Assembly (NCBI GenBank): GCA_963736005.1 | Contig: CAVTNB010000002.1 | Span: forward strand, 1-64,000 | Reading direction: 5' to 3' | Source: an uncultured Pseudomonadota bacterium | GTDB taxonomy: Bacteria; Vulcanimicrobiota; Vulcanimicrobiia; Eremiobacterales; Eremiobacteraceae | Length of the DNA: 64,000 nucleotides | Part shown: piece after piece, positions 61,807-64,000 of the stretch | How positions within the stretch are numbered: the first letter of the stretch is position 1 | How the letters are laid out: each line of letters opens with the position of its first letter | The notes under the pieces: generated by a model | The model's input: only the letters and a program-made list of their open reading frames with translations | The model's database searches: none | Told to the model about the DNA's origin: nothing | Made by a program: the position numbers and the translations under genes

Positions 61807-62257
61807 GCGTGGTCGTTCCAACCAATTGCATGGATTGAAGTTGTATCATTGTGGTGTTCTTGATGCTGATAATCGTCACTTGTTTCTGATCGGATTTGTC
61901 GAAGAACTGAAACGCTACGTCTTTCGCAAAGCCCATCGGAATCACCATACGTCGCGCAGTTTTTGGTAAACGCTGGGCGTAGAAGTTGACGACGCGATCC
62001 ATATCGTCGTTCGTTATAAGGCTGACGGAGAGCGAATGGACGTGCGCGGATGCGATTCCCTGGTCGATTTGCGCTGCGTTTTCCGCCCTCGCACCTGGAT
62101 AGACAGGCAGGCCAATCTGCTCAAGTACTTGATGCGTTGGCCGAACAGGGTTCGCGTGCATCGAGCACCCAGCCACCGCCAACACGAACACCCCTGCAAG
62201 CCCTTGTAGTATTCGACTCACCGGATTCTTGGAATCTTGATCGTCTGACCGTCGCAC
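61784..62257 (-). CDS. Hypothetical lipoprotein (start uncertain)
   Basis: Lipobox VAGC; GLPVYPGA...V..FY motif. Confidence 0.6.
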   Translation of the reverse strand: MRRSDDQDSKNPVSRILQGLAGVFVLAVAGCSMHANPVRPTHQVLEQIGLPVYPGARAENAAQIDQGIASAHVHSLSVSLITNDDMDRVVNFYAQRLPKTARRMVIPMGFAKDVAFQFFDKSDQKQVTIISIKNTTMIQLQSMQLVGTTTPTSATPR

Positions 62258-62952
62258 TGCTTATAGATGTAGCCGATGACTTTGCCGCTTGCATCGCGAT
62301 AAAAAGTACCGACGCCCAGGTCATCTGATTGCTCGGTCTCTTCCGGCCCGACAAAGTAAAGCGGATCGGGTGGCCCGTCGAGAGCGGAATACAACACTCG
62401 CCCACGCACCGTCATATATTCTTCCATGCCCGGCGCCCACTGATAGGTACCAACGTATTGTTCGAGATTCTTCGGAAATTCGATGGGGCGGGCATAGTTG
62501 ATCTGAAGCGGAGTCACCTGCGCGCGGATCGCCACCCACCGTCCGTCTTCTTTCGCGAAAATCTCGGTTCGTTCGTAGCTATAAATCACTTTGCCACCCG
62601 GAAAGTAGTCGGTCTCTCCCTGCTTTCCGGTAACGATCGCCACACCGGCGACGAACTGGACTGTCGGCGATGAAATCCAATTAGCTGTGGCGGGAACAGG
62701 ACGATGCGCCGGGGGAAGGTTTGCAGCTTTCCCGCTCACCAGGCCGTCATCGCTAATGCGTTCATACGTAGCAGACGTGTCGCGGCTCCACGTCACCTTG
62801 TCGCTAGCGTTAAAGGCCACGAAGCGTTCGCGGCTCACGTCCAAGACGGCCTGCGTCTCGTCGGTCGCTGCGACGACGGGCGCCAGCGCCGCGTGATTCC
62901 AACCGAGGACAAAAAGAGAAATCGCAATAGTCGGCCATGCAAAGTTGCGCAT
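62218..62952 (-). CDS. Secreted NTF2-like (DUF4440-type) domain protein
   Basis: Signal peptide; T..F.KEDGRW motif; C-terminal L.QYVG.Y domain. Confidence 0.65.
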   Translation of the reverse strand: MRNFAWPTIAISLFVLGWNHAALAPVVAATDETQAVLDVSRERFVAFNASDKVTWSRDTSATYERISDDGLVSGKAANLPPAHRPVPATANWISSPTVQFVAGVAIVTGKQGETDYFPGGKVIYSYERTEIFAKEDGRWVAIRAQVTPLQINYARPIEFPKNLEQYVGTYQWAPGMEEYMTVRGRVLYSALDGPPDPLYFVGPEETEQSDDLGVGTFYRDASGKVIGYIYKQCDGQTIKIPRIR

Positions 62953-62985
62953 GCGAAACCTCCATCGGCGCTTCTTGGACGGGGT

Positions 62986-64000
62986 CTAGATGGACGTTCT
63001 GGCCACGCTCCGCAAGTCCCTTATGCGCAATTCCTTCATCTGCGTATCCAACCCCAAGTTCACTTCCACTTGGGCGAGCGGCAGCACTTCGATGCGGTTG
63101 GGCACAATCTCGATCGCTGCCAGCAAACGCGACGAGATCTGCTGCTTGACGCCATCGGCGTCAACGCCGGGTCGCAACGCAATATAGAGCAGAAGCTCGT
63201 CAAGATCATTTGGGTCGTCGTTGTGCTTCTTCACCACTAACTGCCATTCGATCACCTCGTTCGTCTGCGCCATGATTGGTAAGAACTCGTTGAGATCGAC
63301 GAGCGTACCCCGTATTTTTGTGAGGCGGAATTCGCCGACGTCCGAGCGCCGCGAAATAACGCTCGAGATACGCGGCACGATTCTTCCACAGCCCGGACAC
63401 GGATCATACACGATTCCTCCATCAGCGATGTCGCCCGTTCGATAACGAAGCACGCACGAACCCCGGCCGCTCAAGCTCGAGTACACGATCTCACCGCGCT
63501 CGCCGGGAGCAACCGGTTCCCCAGAGTCTGGATTGATGATTTCGAAAACGTCAAATTCGGGATACGTGTGGTAGCCGTACGACATCTCCGGGCTCGGCGG
63601 CGTGCACTCAGCCCATGCGTGCCGAGCTTCGGTAAACCCATACACGCCGTGCACGACGACATCTTTAGCGCCCATGAGATCGCACAGTGCGATGAGCCGG
63701 GCCTTGAGCGCGGAAGGCACTCGTTCTGCTCCGAGCGCAATGAATCGCAGCTCCTTCAGTTGCATACCCTGCTCGTACGCCTGACGCAACATGTGGTAGA
63801 CGTAGCCCGGCACGCCGATCAGCATCGCCGGCTGCAACCGTTCCAGCGCCGCGATGTTCCCCGCCGTGCCCATGACTTTGCCACCGCCCGTATGCACGAT
63901 AAGCATCGTCATCGCTTGCCCAACAGCAAACGTTTGCCAAAATGCGAGGTGCGGCGCGAAGGGAAAGACGTTGAGCCCTCGATCCCCGGGTTTGATCCCA
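62986..64000 (-). CDS. Phenylacetate-CoA ligase-like adenylate-forming enzyme (partial, runs off window end)
   Basis: GVPGY, GAERVP, YGFTE, EIINP.SG, GERGE, LRYRTGD, CPGCGR. Confidence 0.85.
   Translation of the reverse strand, partial: GIKPGDRGLNVFPFAPHLAFWQTFAVGQAMTMLIVHTGGGKVMGTAGNIAALERLQPAMLIGVPGYVYHMLRQAYEQGMQLKELRFIALGAERVPSALKARLIALCDLMGAKDVVVHGVYGFTEARHAWAECTPPSPEMSYGYHTYPEFDVFEIINPDSGEPVAPGERGEIVYSSLSGRGSCVLRYRTGDIADGGIVYDPCPGCGRIVPRISSVISRRSDVGEFRLTKIRGTLVDLNEFLPIMAQTNEVIEWQLVVKKHNDDPNDLDELLLYIALRPGVDADGVKQQISSRLLAAIEIVPNRIEVLPLAQVEVNLGLDTQMKELRIRDLRSVARTSI

Overview
GC-rich bacterial chromosomal window. Many genes carry single-base frameshifts, including essential leuS, which points to an error-prone long-read assembly. 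Housekeeping blocks flank the window: resB/ccs1-tatC-tatA-polyprenyl synthase-menG, tatD-metG-rsmI, ppk2, comEC-galE-leuS-amtB-comEA, and a GntR-aminotransferase-mmsA-spermidine dehydrogenase catabolic unit. Two accessory regions stand out. (1) At 11.1-17.8 kb there is a split-borosin RiPP locus: an 84-aa precursor with a borosin-binding-domain-like leader, next to an OphMA/SonM-type backbone alpha-N-methyltransferase. It is followed by a large AAA-ATPase/LuxR regulator, a palindromic operator-like site, two 42- and 36-aa ORFs with strong RBSs that the ORF track misses, a class I methyltransferase and a peptide-binding lipoprotein. (2) At about 18.5-44.5 kb there is a surface-glycan island with 9 glycosyltransferases, 4 sulfotransferase-family genes, heptose-pathway enzymes, a GH50 hydrolase and an ABC-2 exporter. 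Embedded in it are lasso-type parts: a PqqD/RRE protein with a self-leader-like tail, an HPr-kinase-like kinase, an S26-like/nucleotidyltransferase fusion and a B2 cysteine peptidase. No lasso cyclase is present in the window. There are also three GTAG-type REP-like palindrome clusters and a 22-aa hydrophobic micro-ORF. I recognised no rRNA, tRNA, CRISPR array or transposase. All calls come from motif reading by eye, with no database search.
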